A stretch of DNA of 64,000 bases from a virus. Its lineage: Duplodnaviria > Caudoviricetes. Below, piece after piece: positions 1 to 9,369 of the stretch. Position 1 is the first letter of the stretch, and each line of letters begins with the position of its first letter. The translations under genes and the position numbers were made by a program. The DNA lies in IMG/VR virus record IMGVR_UViG_3300032038_000018, positions 32,001 through 96,000 of that record. One strand, written 5' to 3'. A model generated the notes under the pieces. That model was given only the letters and a program-made list of their open reading frames with translations, had not been told where the DNA came from and made no database searches.

Positions 1-188
1 CTGATCGTAATGCTGCTATAGCTGCCATACATCAATTCTCTCAGGTGAAGAGAGACCATGGCGAACATGGTCTTTCTCCATATGAAGAGCGATCATTACA
101 AACATTCGATGCAGCCGAAGTTGTAATGATGACTAAGTTAGAAATAACTGAAGAAAAGTTATATGGAGGTGCTTGTCATGCCCACTGA
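1..188 (+). CDS. 3' end of an upstream gene (partial, unknown product)
   Basis: Frame 3 is open from the window start to TGA at 186-188 and overlaps the next gene's start. Confidence 0.5.
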   Translation, partial: DRNAAIAAIHQFSQVKRDHGEHGLSPYEERSLQTFDAAEVVMMTKLEITEEKLYGGACHAH

Positions 189-1029
189 TTGTGTAGACAC
201 TTGTGGTGCTGGTTGTGGTGCAGCATGTAGCCTTGAATGTGCTGACATATGTTCGAGTTCATGTAGAGGTGAATGCGCAAGTGAATGTGGATCAGGTTGT
301 GCTGCATCTGCTACAACTCCCAGCAAGTTTATAGACCCAGATCATATTACCAATGATTTCATGCTTGAAATAATTCGCAATGTAATGCGATATATTATTC
401 TGCTAGGTAATAAGTCTGATATAATTACTTCGGCTGAATCACTGTTTAGCGTAATCGTTGAGCCAATGTATTATGTCGTTATAGTGACATGTACCAATAC
501 AGATACAAATCCTTCAGAAGCATATCCGAATGCAGTAGTTGATGATAATGGTGGAGTTCTTCATAAATACGAGAATGTATTTAGAATAAACCGAGTTAAT
601 AATGAAACTACTGTAACCAATCATGACTATATCAAATTCTATTCGCTATATGAATCAACTGTAGAAGAAACCGTTGGTAATGTAACTATAACCCATTATC
701 AAGGTAGCAGAGTAGTTAAGCAATATACTGTATATGCTGAGCCTACTATAGATTATGTAAATTTCTATTATAATGGAATTCGTACAGAGAGAGCAGAGAT
801 ACATCATGCTATAGGAGATCCATGTGTTCGTTATAAGTATTATGACCATAAAGAATATGACGAACATGCTAATCTTACCAATGACATAGGCGACATATAT
901 GTTGATGAGAATGGTCAACCTGTAATAGAAGGTTATGATGTAACTGAATATGATACGCATTGGGTAAAGCTCGATTCACGTACATATAGAAAAGATAAAG
1001 ATACCGATTCTTGGGTACCTGTTAACTAA
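178..1029 (+). CDS. Protein with N-terminal CxxxC-repeat segment (10 Cys every 4th residue); possible radical-SAM modification target
   Basis: CVDTCGAGCGAACSLECADICSSSCRGECASECGSGC; GGAGGT RBS at 165-170 favours ATG 178. Confidence 0.7.
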   Translation: MPTDCVDTCGAGCGAACSLECADICSSSCRGECASECGSGCAASATTPSKFIDPDHITNDFMLEIIRNVMRYIILLGNKSDIITSAESLFSVIVEPMYYVVIVTCTNTDTNPSEAYPNAVVDDNGGVLHKYENVFRINRVNNETTVTNHDYIKFYSLYESTVEETVGNVTITHYQGSRVVKQYTVYAEPTIDYVNFYYNGIRTERAEIHHAIGDPCVRYKYYDHKEYDEHANLTNDIGDIYVDENGQPVIEGYDVTEYDTHWVKLDSRTYRKDKDTDSWVPVN

Positions 1030-1207
1030 CACGAAAATATACACTATGCGTCAAGCATAGTGTATATTTAACGGAGGTAACAGAAAAGGAGAAACCAAAA
1101 ATGTCTACAAAGAGAGTAACCTTTTGATTTTTCTGTATTATTTTAGTGTTTAAAAAATAATGCATTTTATACATATAGAGAACATATAATACATTAATGC
1201 CATCTGG

Positions 1208-1221
1208 GACATTTGGTTAAT
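1208..1221 (+). promoter_or_regulatory. Putative late promoter GACA-N6-TAAT
   Basis: gacatttggttaat upstream of 1254; same motif precedes 7 other genes. Confidence 0.6.
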
Positions 1222-1253
1222 TTATATTTGATAGGTAAAGAGGTGACATTCAA

Positions 1254-2513
1254 ATGAATCTTTATAATCCAGAGATATTCTATGATGCCGCTATGGAGAA
1301 TTTTTTTTATGGTGAAGCTATAGAAGCTGTCGATAGAGAAAAGAATACAAAGATTCTAAAGAATGCTTTATATAAACTCATAGCAGATAATATTGCTATA
1401 GAGAAAAATAAGAAAGAATTATTTAGATACATAGCTCAATTTAGAAATAGATATATCAATGTCTTATCTAGTCCTGCTATAACTACAATTATACCATTCA
1501 ATCATTCAGGTGAAGATGCTAAAGTGGTCTATAGGTGCTGTGGTATAGACGAGAAGCTGGTTAATACTGCTATAGATACTGCTAAGAAAGCTATAAAGCT
1601 TGATGCTGTTGGTAAGAACGTGACTCCATTTAATGTAGTTATGATATTCTTAATTAGTATCTTCTATAATGATAAACAGAAACTAAATGCATTATTATTA
1701 TACTATGCATGCGGAATGTATTATCTCATATATTCCGGAATGTTTAAGAAGTTTGCACCAGATCCTGATTGTATGCAATATACTATAGATAATCTTTCTA
1801 ATAAGTTTATCTTAAAGAAAGAAGGCTCATTAGAAAAGGCAATGGTTGCATCTTTATGGACAGGTGCAGATCACTATAAAGGAATATTAAAGTCATTATC
1901 TGACTATGATATATGCTGTACATTAATCCCCGGATTTAGAACCAGAGTTGCATCCATGTTACAGTCTGTGGCTAGTGAATACTTTGCTAACTATGAGAAA
2001 GGCAATAAAGTATTTGATCAGAAAGAATATAATGATGAAGGTGAATTCATCATAGATAGAGAATCTGATATAGCTAGAGTACAAAGAGCAGCATCTTCTG
2101 CAACTATATCATTCTATTCTAATCCAATAGATCTTAATGTAATACGAACTATAGCTAAGATGCATACAGACGCATCTGCTAATGAGATAAGAGCTTGTGT
2201 TGAATATATACATGATGATTCATCTTCTAAATCTGTATTGAAATTCTATGAGTGCATATTCTCATCGTTCTTTAATGAGAATCCTAATGCAACAGGTGAA
2301 GATCTTCATAGTATGAAATTCTTAGCATCTGCTAATGCTATATACAAGAAAGGTAATTCAAAAGACGATAATATTACAAATATAAAGAATATTACGCATG
2401 AATGGCTTTCTAAAGGATCTCCTGTATATGCAAGAACTCAAAGAGTTGCTACAATGAATACATATAGAAAATGTATCTTCTTATACTTCGTAATGATAGT
2501 ATCATCTAAATAA
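1254..2513 (+). CDS. Hypothetical protein, probably virion/head-associated
   Basis: 419-aa ORF with RBS GAGGTG, late-type promoter, N-terminal AME/AIE candidate protease sites. Confidence 0.6.
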   Translation: MNLYNPEIFYDAAMENFFYGEAIEAVDREKNTKILKNALYKLIADNIAIEKNKKELFRYIAQFRNRYINVLSSPAITTIIPFNHSGEDAKVVYRCCGIDEKLVNTAIDTAKKAIKLDAVGKNVTPFNVVMIFLISIFYNDKQKLNALLLYYACGMYYLIYSGMFKKFAPDPDCMQYTIDNLSNKFILKKEGSLEKAMVASLWTGADHYKGILKSLSDYDICCTLIPGFRTRVASMLQSVASEYFANYEKGNKVFDQKEYNDEGEFIIDRESDIARVQRAASSATISFYSNPIDLNVIRTIAKMHTDASANEIRACVEYIHDDSSSKSVLKFYECIFSSFFNENPNATGEDLHSMKFLASANAIYKKGNSKDDNITNIKNITHEWLSKGSPVYARTQRVATMNTYRKCIFLYFVMIVSSK

Positions 2514-2561
2514 TATATACGGTATACCAATAGGTATACCGTAATTTGTTTCTTTTTGTAT

Positions 2562-2629
2562 TATATATTCTATAAGTAGTAGAATAAATGATCGCCCGCA
2601 AAATCGCGGGCATGTCTTATGGAGGTAAC
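2562..2629 (+). repeat. Promoter plus leader-hairpin cassette, copy 1
   Basis: TATATATTCTATAAGTA ... GCCCGC-AAAATC-GCGGGC ... ATGGAGGTA; near-identical to 3922-3989. Confidence 0.75.
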
Positions 2630-2633
2630 AATT

Positions 2634-2975
2634 ATGACTACTAATACACTCACAAAGATAATAATACCTAATTCGCCAATCGATATTACACATACATCAT
2701 CCGAGGTGTATATAAAAATACCGATTACGGCTGGATTGGAATCTTGGTCAGATCTGACCGGGATTCTGACCAAGCTTTTTGGTGACAGGCTCACCAAAAA
2801 GATAGTTGTTCGCGTTCTCAATCAGATGGGTACAGTTATATCGATGGAGAACAAAGTGGCATCTTCCACAAGAATATCCATAGAAGGTCATGGCAACGCG
2901 CATATTGACGTGTGTGCAAATAGAACCTTCGTAAGCATCAATGCTTACGGATTTCAGGTCAAGCCTATGACTTGA
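2634..2975 (+). CDS. Hypothetical (putative early) protein
   Basis: ORF with GGAGGT RBS, own promoter and terminator. Confidence 0.7.
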   Translation: MTTNTLTKIIIPNSPIDITHTSSEVYIKIPITAGLESWSDLTGILTKLFGDRLTKKIVVRVLNQMGTVISMENKVASSTRISIEGHGNAHIDVCANRTFVSINAYGFQVKPMT

Positions 2976-2982
2976 CCTGAAT

Positions 2983-3014
2983 AAACCCTAACTTCGGTTA
3001 GGGTTTATTTTTTT
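2983..3014 (+). terminator. Intrinsic terminator
   Basis: AAACCCTAAC-TTCG-GTTAGGGTTT plus T-tract. Confidence 0.85.
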
Positions 3015-3101
3015 GTATGCACCCTTGGTATTTTCTTTTATTTTGTATTTATATATTCTATTATAGTAATAAAATGTCTTTTATAGTGAAAGGAGCTCAT
3101 T

Positions 3102-3437
3102 ATGAAGCAGTACTCAACCGCAACTAGGATCAAGGCATATTCGAACAAGTTCGCATTATACCGTGTCGATAATATGGAAGGTTTAAATATTATCGATACA
3201 AACGGAAAGCCGACAACCACTGATAGAAATATCATTGGTGTCAGCCACATCAATTTTACTGGTTGGGCTAAAGGCAAAACTGGTAAGCATGCATTAAATG
3301 CTGACAACACTGAAAAGATTGTTGTTGGCACTATCCGTGTACTGTCGGATGGAAAGTTAATCGCAAATGATTGGCATTTAGTCAATCAGGATGAAGTCAA
3401 CAAGCTGTATTCACAGCGTGTTGAATTCAACATATAA
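3102..3437 (+). CDS. Hypothetical (putative early) protein
   Basis: AAGGAG RBS; TATATATTCTA at 3050-3060. Confidence 0.7.
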   Translation: MKQYSTATRIKAYSNKFALYRVDNMEGLNIIDTNGKPTTTDRNIIGVSHINFTGWAKGKTGKHALNADNTEKIVVGTIRVLSDGKLIANDWHLVNQDEVNKLYSQRVEFNI

Positions 3438-3449
3438 GGAGGAAAAATT

Positions 3450-3848
3450 ATGGCAGTAAACAAATTTGGATTTGATCCCGACTACAAAATTTCAGTTACT
3501 CTGCTTCGTGCAGATGCAGAAGAAGCTAGACATGCACAGGAAGCGAAGGATGCAGAGAAAGCTGCTATCAAAGCAGAATATGACGAAGCTTTGGAATCTG
3601 TAATCACAATGATTAGAGATTCAATCGACTATCTAATAGAAGATAGAGCCACAGCAAAATATGTTGACGGTGATAAAGCTGCTCAACATATTGTGCGTTG
3701 TTTATTAAAACATAATGTACCATTAAGAATGATACATGAAGCATCCGAATGCTGCCGCGTAAGATATGTAAATGCGAGAAATAATCTCGGAAGAGATTTC
3801 GCACATTGCGTTGATGTTGCATCGAGATCGGATGAGGATTTCGTGTAA
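3450..3848 (+). CDS. Hypothetical protein, paralogue of 3994-4380
   Basis: Shared N-terminus NKFGFD.DY.I, Ala/Glu-rich helix and NVP motif. Confidence 0.75.
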   Translation: MAVNKFGFDPDYKISVTLLRADAEEARHAQEAKDAEKAAIKAEYDEALESVITMIRDSIDYLIEDRATAKYVDGDKAAQHIVRCLLKHNVPLRMIHEASECCRVRYVNARNNLGRDFAHCVDVASRSDEDFV

Positions 3849-3861
3849 TACCCGAAATCAT

Positions 3862-3890
3862 AAAGCCACCTTCGGGTGGCTTTATTTTTT
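3862..3890 (+). terminator. Intrinsic terminator
   Basis: AAAGCCACC-TTCG-GGTGGCTTT plus T-tract; same core at 4397-4423. Confidence 0.85.
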
Positions 3891-3921
3891 ATATGAGCCC
3901 CGTAATTTTCGTATGTTTCTT

Positions 3922-3989
3922 TATATATTCTATAAGTAATAAATAAAATAATTAGCTCGCAAAATCGCGGGCACGTCTTAATGGAGGTA
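3922..3989 (+). repeat. Promoter plus leader-hairpin cassette, copy 2
   Basis: TATATATTCTATAAGTA ... GCTCGC-AAAATC-GCGGGC ... ATGGAGGTA. Confidence 0.75.
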
Positions 3990-3993
3990 CATT

Positions 3994-4380
3994 ATGTCTA
4001 TTAACAAGTTCGGATTTGATGAGGATTATTCTATCTACTGTATGTCTCTTGCCGCTATAGCAAGAGATAGACGGGAGGCTGCAGAGGCTGAGGCTAAGGC
4101 AGCTGCAGAAAAGGCCGAAGCTGTCAATGCGGTATTTACCATGCTGGTGGATGCGATAAAATATCTCGAAAGAGATATTCCTTATCTTAAGCCAGATGAG
4201 ATAGCTGAGCAGTTCATGCACAGCTTATCTGTCAATAATGTCCCTGTTGACATTATTGAATCTGCAGTCAGGGACTACCTTAATTGCAGAGAGTATAATG
4301 ATACAATCGAACTGGCATTGCAACTCATGATAAAGCAGTGCACAGTCAAGCCGACAGACGATGTCGGATTCGGACTGTAA
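3994..4380 (+). CDS. Hypothetical protein, paralogue of 3450-3848
   Basis: MSINKFGFDEDYSI; GGAGGT RBS. Confidence 0.75.
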   Translation: MSINKFGFDEDYSIYCMSLAAIARDRREAAEAEAKAAAEKAEAVNAVFTMLVDAIKYLERDIPYLKPDEIAEQFMHSLSVNNVPVDIIESAVRDYLNCREYNDTIELALQLMIKQCTVKPTDDVGFGL

Positions 4381-4396
4381 TGTCCGAAGAAATAAT

Positions 4397-4423
4397 AGCC
4401 ACCTTCGGGTGGCTTTATTTTTT
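4397..4423 (+). terminator. Intrinsic terminator
   Basis: AGCCACC-TTCG-GGTGGCT plus T-tract. Confidence 0.85.
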
Positions 4424-4431
4424 GCTCTGAA

Positions 4432-4445
4432 AACATTTTTTTAAT
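4432..4445 (+). promoter_or_regulatory. Putative late promoter AACA-N6-TAAT
   Basis: aacatttttttaat upstream of 4472. Confidence 0.6.
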
Positions 4446-4471
4446 CAAGACTCTAAGGTAGGTGAAATATC

Positions 4472-5251
4472 ATGGCTGATATATCTGCTAAAAGAAAACA
4501 GTTTATGAAAACTCTTTTAGATACAATGAAACTATTAGACCCTAGTGGTAATAATGTTGATTTATATAAACGTAAATTTGAGAAAATGACAGACGCTCAA
4601 TTCGATAAATGGATGAAAGATTTCAGAGATGATGATAGAGCTAACTTCTATTTAGAGATAATTGAATTTGAAAGAGAATTAACTCTGGAGAATATTGAAG
4701 CGGCAGCTAATTATCTGAAGATCCCTCTATATGAATATGTGTGCGTTCCTTATATCAATGAAGTAAATACAGACGATCCTTCTAAGAGTAAAGATCCAAC
4801 AGCAGAAATTGTAGTTACTCCTACAAGATGCCCTGTTGGATATATACATATTAAGAGAATGCCACAGTCTGTTCACCATAAGAATTCTACAACGACATCT
4901 AATACTAAGAGAAATACTAAGACCGGACAAGTTACAGGAGATGACAAGAACGGTCGTACTACAGATGTAGAGACATATGCTCTTACAGTATACGGTGCAG
5001 AGAATTCTCTTAAAGAACTCATGGGTTTCCGTGCAGATGACCAAGCTGCTAAACAGCAAGCATATGCATCTATTGAAAGAGATGGATATGTACAACTTAG
5101 TGATCTGCAATCTTCTCAACAAGATAAAGTTGCAGTTAATACGCTTAATGCATATTATTGGGCACAAGGATTTGCAACTAATATGGTCAATGGCGGCTAT
5201 ATGTTAACATCCGCTACGCCTCCTGAGTGGAAAGTTAAAAACGATATATAA
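4472..5251 (+). CDS. Multisubunit RNA polymerase beta C-terminal fragment (probably virion RNAP)
   Basis: PVGYIHIKRM...RNTKTGQVTGDDKNGRTTDVETYAL..YGA..LKELMGFRADD parallels the RpoB C-terminus (GYMYMLKL...GEMEVWALEAYGA...KSDD); late-type promoter. Confidence 0.8.
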   Translation: MADISAKRKQFMKTLLDTMKLLDPSGNNVDLYKRKFEKMTDAQFDKWMKDFRDDDRANFYLEIIEFERELTLENIEAAANYLKIPLYEYVCVPYINEVNTDDPSKSKDPTAEIVVTPTRCPVGYIHIKRMPQSVHHKNSTTTSNTKRNTKTGQVTGDDKNGRTTDVETYALTVYGAENSLKELMGFRADDQAAKQQAYASIERDGYVQLSDLQSSQQDKVAVNTLNAYYWAQGFATNMVNGGYMLTSATPPEWKVKNDI

Positions 5252-5322
5252 TTATATATAATATAAGTGTAAATGCTACACTGGGTAGCATTATAACCAT
5301 TTATATTATAGGAGGCAAATTT

Positions 5323-5658
5323 ATGATGGACGAAAAAGACGTCATCGGTTTGATGGCGGGTACAATCGAGAGCACAAATGGGGCCGTTGACAACAGTGTA
5401 TGCGACAACGGTAATGCGGCAGTTAGCAAAGAAACTTTTGAGACTATGATGAACTCAATTGACAGCAGACTTTCCACCCTCAGTAAAAGAGTGTACAATT
5501 TAGAGTACACCGAGCAATGCGCTAGTTCACCTTCATTGTATATGAAAGAATTGCGCAAAGATCTCAATTCTCTCATGCACAAGGTTGATCAAATTGAGGC
5601 TGCACTAAGCATGTCAAAGAAGTATAGAAAAAGACGTGCTAAACTCAGCAGAGACTAA
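5323..5658 (+). CDS. Hypothetical coiled-coil protein with basic C-terminus
   Basis: AGGAGG RBS; heptad pattern; ends KKYRKRRAKLSRD. Confidence 0.65.
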   Translation: MMDEKDVIGLMAGTIESTNGAVDNSVCDNGNAAVSKETFETMMNSIDSRLSTLSKRVYNLEYTEQCASSPSLYMKELRKDLNSLMHKVDQIEAALSMSKKYRKRRAKLSRD

Positions 5659-5723
5659 ATGTATTTATGGGATAATTAATATTATCCCTTATTTTCCCTT
5701 TTTAATATATGGAGGTAACAATT

Positions 5724-6572
5724 ATGGCAAACACAAGCAAAATTTCGGAAACAATCAAAAACATCAATGACCGTCTTAACAAGATAGTAGATGGCTTCAA
5801 TTCAGATGATGCAATGGTTGCACTCACACATATATTGAATATATGTGAACCAATCGCATACGATACATCGTTTGTATCGGTATACAAAATTAACGATGCC
5901 GGCATAGAATGTGCGATTAAGATAGTTGATCCCGCTGATGACAAAATTCCATTACTGAAAGAACTGACCGATTATGTCAGCACGTTAAAGGATAACGATT
6001 TTTGGCGTTACGTCAGAACTAAAAAGACTGACGAAGAACCCGCTCCGATTAAATTGGATTCCGATGAAGCAAAAACTTTGGATGCAATGATGGATAGACT
6101 CTCTGACAGAATAAATTCTGTCGACTGCGAAGTCGAAGCCATCAAGGATCATCTTACCGAACTTGGTCTCGGTCTTGATGAGACATGTGATAACTCTATT
6201 GAAGATGACGATGATGGATTTGACTGCAGAGAGGATGTCATTACGATCTATGACAAACTTGAGCACATAGATGATCAAATCATCAATCTTTCTGCAAACG
6301 ATGACAACCTCGAAGTTGATGTCGAAGAACATGGCGAACGACTTGATAGGCTTTCATCCACAATAGAAGAGCTGAGCAATCGACTCACTAGCATTGAGAT
6401 TTTCAATGCACAGCTTTGCGCAACTCTCGTTCAGGACAAGAGATTCAGGAAGAATTTCGACAGAACCGCAAAGAAAATCAGAAAATCTGTAAAGGCAATA
6501 AAGCACGTCGATAATAGCATCAACACTGATAAGCTCGTTCCTGAGAAGGAGATAAAGCCCAGTGAAGAATAA
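5724..6572 (+). CDS. Acidic coiled-coil hypothetical protein
   Basis: GGAGGT RBS before MANT; D/E-rich heptads and basic tail. Confidence 0.65.
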   Translation: MANTSKISETIKNINDRLNKIVDGFNSDDAMVALTHILNICEPIAYDTSFVSVYKINDAGIECAIKIVDPADDKIPLLKELTDYVSTLKDNDFWRYVRTKKTDEEPAPIKLDSDEAKTLDAMMDRLSDRINSVDCEVEAIKDHLTELGLGLDETCDNSIEDDDDGFDCREDVITIYDKLEHIDDQIINLSANDDNLEVDVEEHGERLDRLSSTIEELSNRLTSIEIFNAQLCATLVQDKRFRKNFDRTAKKIRKSVKAIKHVDNSINTDKLVPEKEIKPSEE

Positions 6573-6861
6573 AGACTATAAGAAGTCTATAGAGAAATCT
6601 ATAGATAATTACGGTCAAACTCAATTACTTATAGCCTGTGAAGAAATGGGCGAACTTATACAGGCTATAAGTAAAATGGAAAGAGCTATTAGCTCTAAAG
6701 AAGACCGCAAGAAATGTAAAGAACACATAACAGAAGAAATAGCTGATGTTATGATAGTTCTTGACGAACTTATGTTATACTATAATATAAGTGAGTCAGC
6801 TGTAAAGAAAGTCAAAAATGAGAAAAAGGTGCGCTTGCAAAAGCGCACCAAACATATGTGA
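6562..6861 (+). CDS. MazG-like nucleotide pyrophosphohydrolase
   Basis: EEMGELIQAISK ... EEIADV motifs. Confidence 0.85.
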   Translation: MKNKDYKKSIEKSIDNYGQTQLLIACEEMGELIQAISKMERAISSKEDRKKCKEHITEEIADVMIVLDELMLYYNISESAVKKVKNEKKVRLQKRTKHM

Positions 6862-6879
6862 AAGGAATGGATAATTTTT

Positions 6880-8085
6880 ATGGAATTACAGAAGACACTC
6901 ACCAACACAACACTCAAAATTGGTTATGTTGGCATAGGCAATGCTGGTTCTCAGGTAGGTGTTGAACTCAGCAAGAATGGCATTGAAACCATTCTCATCA
7001 ATACATCTACAAAAGATCTCGATGCTTCTATCATCAAGGAAGACATCAAGTGTTATCTTATTGGCGACTCTAATGAGACAGCTAGAGGTGCTGGGCACTC
7101 TAGAGATAATGCCAAGAAGATATATAACAACTCAACTGATAAGGTTATCAAGGATGGTCAGTTCATTGACTTCATCAATGAAAATGATATAACCGTTATC
7201 GGATGCTCTACAGCTGGTGGTACGGGCTCAGGCATAACGCCTACACTCACTTATCAGCTGAAGAATATATTCCCAAATAAGGTATTCATTATTCTGGGAA
7301 TACTTCCTAGGCTGACAGAATCTCCTAATGCGCACTTTAACACTTCTACATTCGTAGATGAGGTTAACAACCTTTCCAAGAATGGTTGTGAACTCACCTA
7401 CATGATGTATGATCTTGAGAAGTATAAGGATTATGCTTCTGATGATGCTTACAAGAAACTTGCTAAAGAAATATCAAAAGCATTTGGAATTATGCGTGGC
7501 GATATGTCTTATATCTCCAATCATGGCATGGTTGACGAACGCGATATGCTAACCATACTCTCCACACCCGGTCTTATCAATATCTATTATAAGACAGATA
7601 TTGATCTGAATAAAGTTCCCGAAGGTGGAGTACAGAAGATACTCACCGACCAGATAAAAGTATCTCCTTGTGTAACTCAGCAGAAAGATAAACTCGTTAA
7701 GTGGTTTGGTATCTTCCTTCTTCTTCCTGAAGACATTGATGATGATGTAAGAAGGAATGACTTCAGACAACTTGAGACAGCTATAGGTAAACCTTGGGAT
7801 ACATTTGTTAATCATGCTGTTACAGATAAGCCTAAGGGTGAAATAGCTGTAATAGCTTCGGGTATGTCTTTCCCATTTGACAGAATAGATACTTCGCTTG
7901 ATATAGTGAAGACATATACCGATGGCGTTAAGACAAAAACATTTGATATTCATGGCGAACTGGATGGCGCAAAGCTCTTTGCTAAGAATGATTCAGTTAA
8001 CATGATTATGTCTTCTAAGAATAAAGTTTCTGCTGAAGACATTAAGGATGTCACTATCCCTTCATTCCTTGATAGTGATTTCTAA
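6880..8085 (+). CDS. Tubulin/FtsZ-family GTPase (PhuZ/TubZ-like)
   Basis: GIGNAGSQ, INTS, RGAG, AGGTGSG signature loop, VDERDM T7-like loop. Confidence 0.9.
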   Translation: MELQKTLTNTTLKIGYVGIGNAGSQVGVELSKNGIETILINTSTKDLDASIIKEDIKCYLIGDSNETARGAGHSRDNAKKIYNNSTDKVIKDGQFIDFINENDITVIGCSTAGGTGSGITPTLTYQLKNIFPNKVFIILGILPRLTESPNAHFNTSTFVDEVNNLSKNGCELTYMMYDLEKYKDYASDDAYKKLAKEISKAFGIMRGDMSYISNHGMVDERDMLTILSTPGLINIYYKTDIDLNKVPEGGVQKILTDQIKVSPCVTQQKDKLVKWFGIFLLLPEDIDDDVRRNDFRQLETAIGKPWDTFVNHAVTDKPKGEIAVIASGMSFPFDRIDTSLDIVKTYTDGVKTKTFDIHGELDGAKLFAKNDSVNMIMSSKNKVSAEDIKDVTIPSFLDSDF

Positions 8086-8164
8086 TTTTAAATATATATT
8101 GTATTATCAACAGATGTGGTAACAACATCTGTTGATAAATATTTTTTAAATGGAGGTATGGAGC

Positions 8165-9226
8165 ATGTTTTTAGACTTGTATCCGGAAAAGGATAGAGAA
8201 CGACCTTTCTCTATCAATGAAGCCATCGATACTTTCTCAGATATGGATCTCAAGATGTCCAAGAAAGAGAAATATCTCGATAAGCTTTTGTCTTCAAAGA
8301 ACTTCTATGGCTATATATTCATCTGCAAAGATGATGATGGACCGAAGAAAGAAAAACTCAAGAAGTTCTATAAGACGATGACTCACATCGACAATCTCAA
8401 GTGCATTCTCAATACACTTGAGGACTTTAGGATAGATGACTATCCTAGATCTTCTGCTGCATTCATATTTACAGTATGCCAGTATGTTCTGGCTGAATGT
8501 AATGACAGTGCAGCAAAGGTAGATGATGACTACAGAAATGGGGCCATCAGACGTGGCGAGAAAGAAGATCGCTACGATTCGATTGAAGAAAAGTTCGCAT
8601 ATATTAAGAGGATTAATGAATACATCAACGACTTCATTAAGCCTTTTGCGAAGAAGATCTACAGAAAGTCTGGCGTTCCTAAGGACGTTGCGATGACTGT
8701 AATTAAGAACGTTCCCGAGAAGCAGTACATCACCAAGTGGCAGCTTGGTGGATTCATGAATATCATTACCGATGCACTGTATCAGGGTATTGATGATTGT
8801 GAAGAAATTGACAGAATTGATTGGGAACCTTTCTTCGAATCAATAGTTGGTAAGGATCTTCTTAAGGATGTAGCTGTATACCTTACAGTAGAGGGAACTT
8901 CCAGAATTAAGAGAAACTGGAAGAATGCAGCTAGAATTCAGGAAATATGGGACTCTCTGACAACATTCGCATTGGATACTCTTGAAGAATCACCTTCCGA
9001 TGATATCGATCATATGGTCGGTATATATAAGAAGATGGTTGCAGGAATGTCCGGCGATGAGAAGAATGATCTCAGAGTTGATCTGACCAAACTTAAGGAG
9101 GAAGTCTTTCCTAACATTTGCAAGAGTGTTGAAAAGTGTTATAACACTATCAAAGACGCTATTAAGGTAGCAAAGGGAAAGAAAGACAGATTCAAGAGTG
9201 ACGACGAAATCGAAACTCTTAACTAA
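8165..9226 (+). CDS. Hypothetical helical protein
   Basis: Long ORF with GGAGGT RBS; TATATATTGTA at 8093. Confidence 0.7.
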   Translation: MFLDLYPEKDRERPFSINEAIDTFSDMDLKMSKKEKYLDKLLSSKNFYGYIFICKDDDGPKKEKLKKFYKTMTHIDNLKCILNTLEDFRIDDYPRSSAAFIFTVCQYVLAECNDSAAKVDDDYRNGAIRRGEKEDRYDSIEEKFAYIKRINEYINDFIKPFAKKIYRKSGVPKDVAMTVIKNVPEKQYITKWQLGGFMNIITDALYQGIDDCEEIDRIDWEPFFESIVGKDLLKDVAVYLTVEGTSRIKRNWKNAARIQEIWDSLTTFALDTLEESPSDDIDHMVGIYKKMVAGMSGDEKNDLRVDLTKLKEEVFPNICKSVEKCYNTIKDAIKVAKGKKDRFKSDDEIETLN

Positions 9227-9369
9227 GACCATCAACAATGGGAATGATTAAGTTCGTTCCCATTGTTATTTTTTTGCTTAAAATAATAACGATATTAAAC
9301 ACTGATATTAATATATCTGTGGGATCAGATGTTCTCATAGAGTGTGTGACACGTTATGGAGGAAATAAC

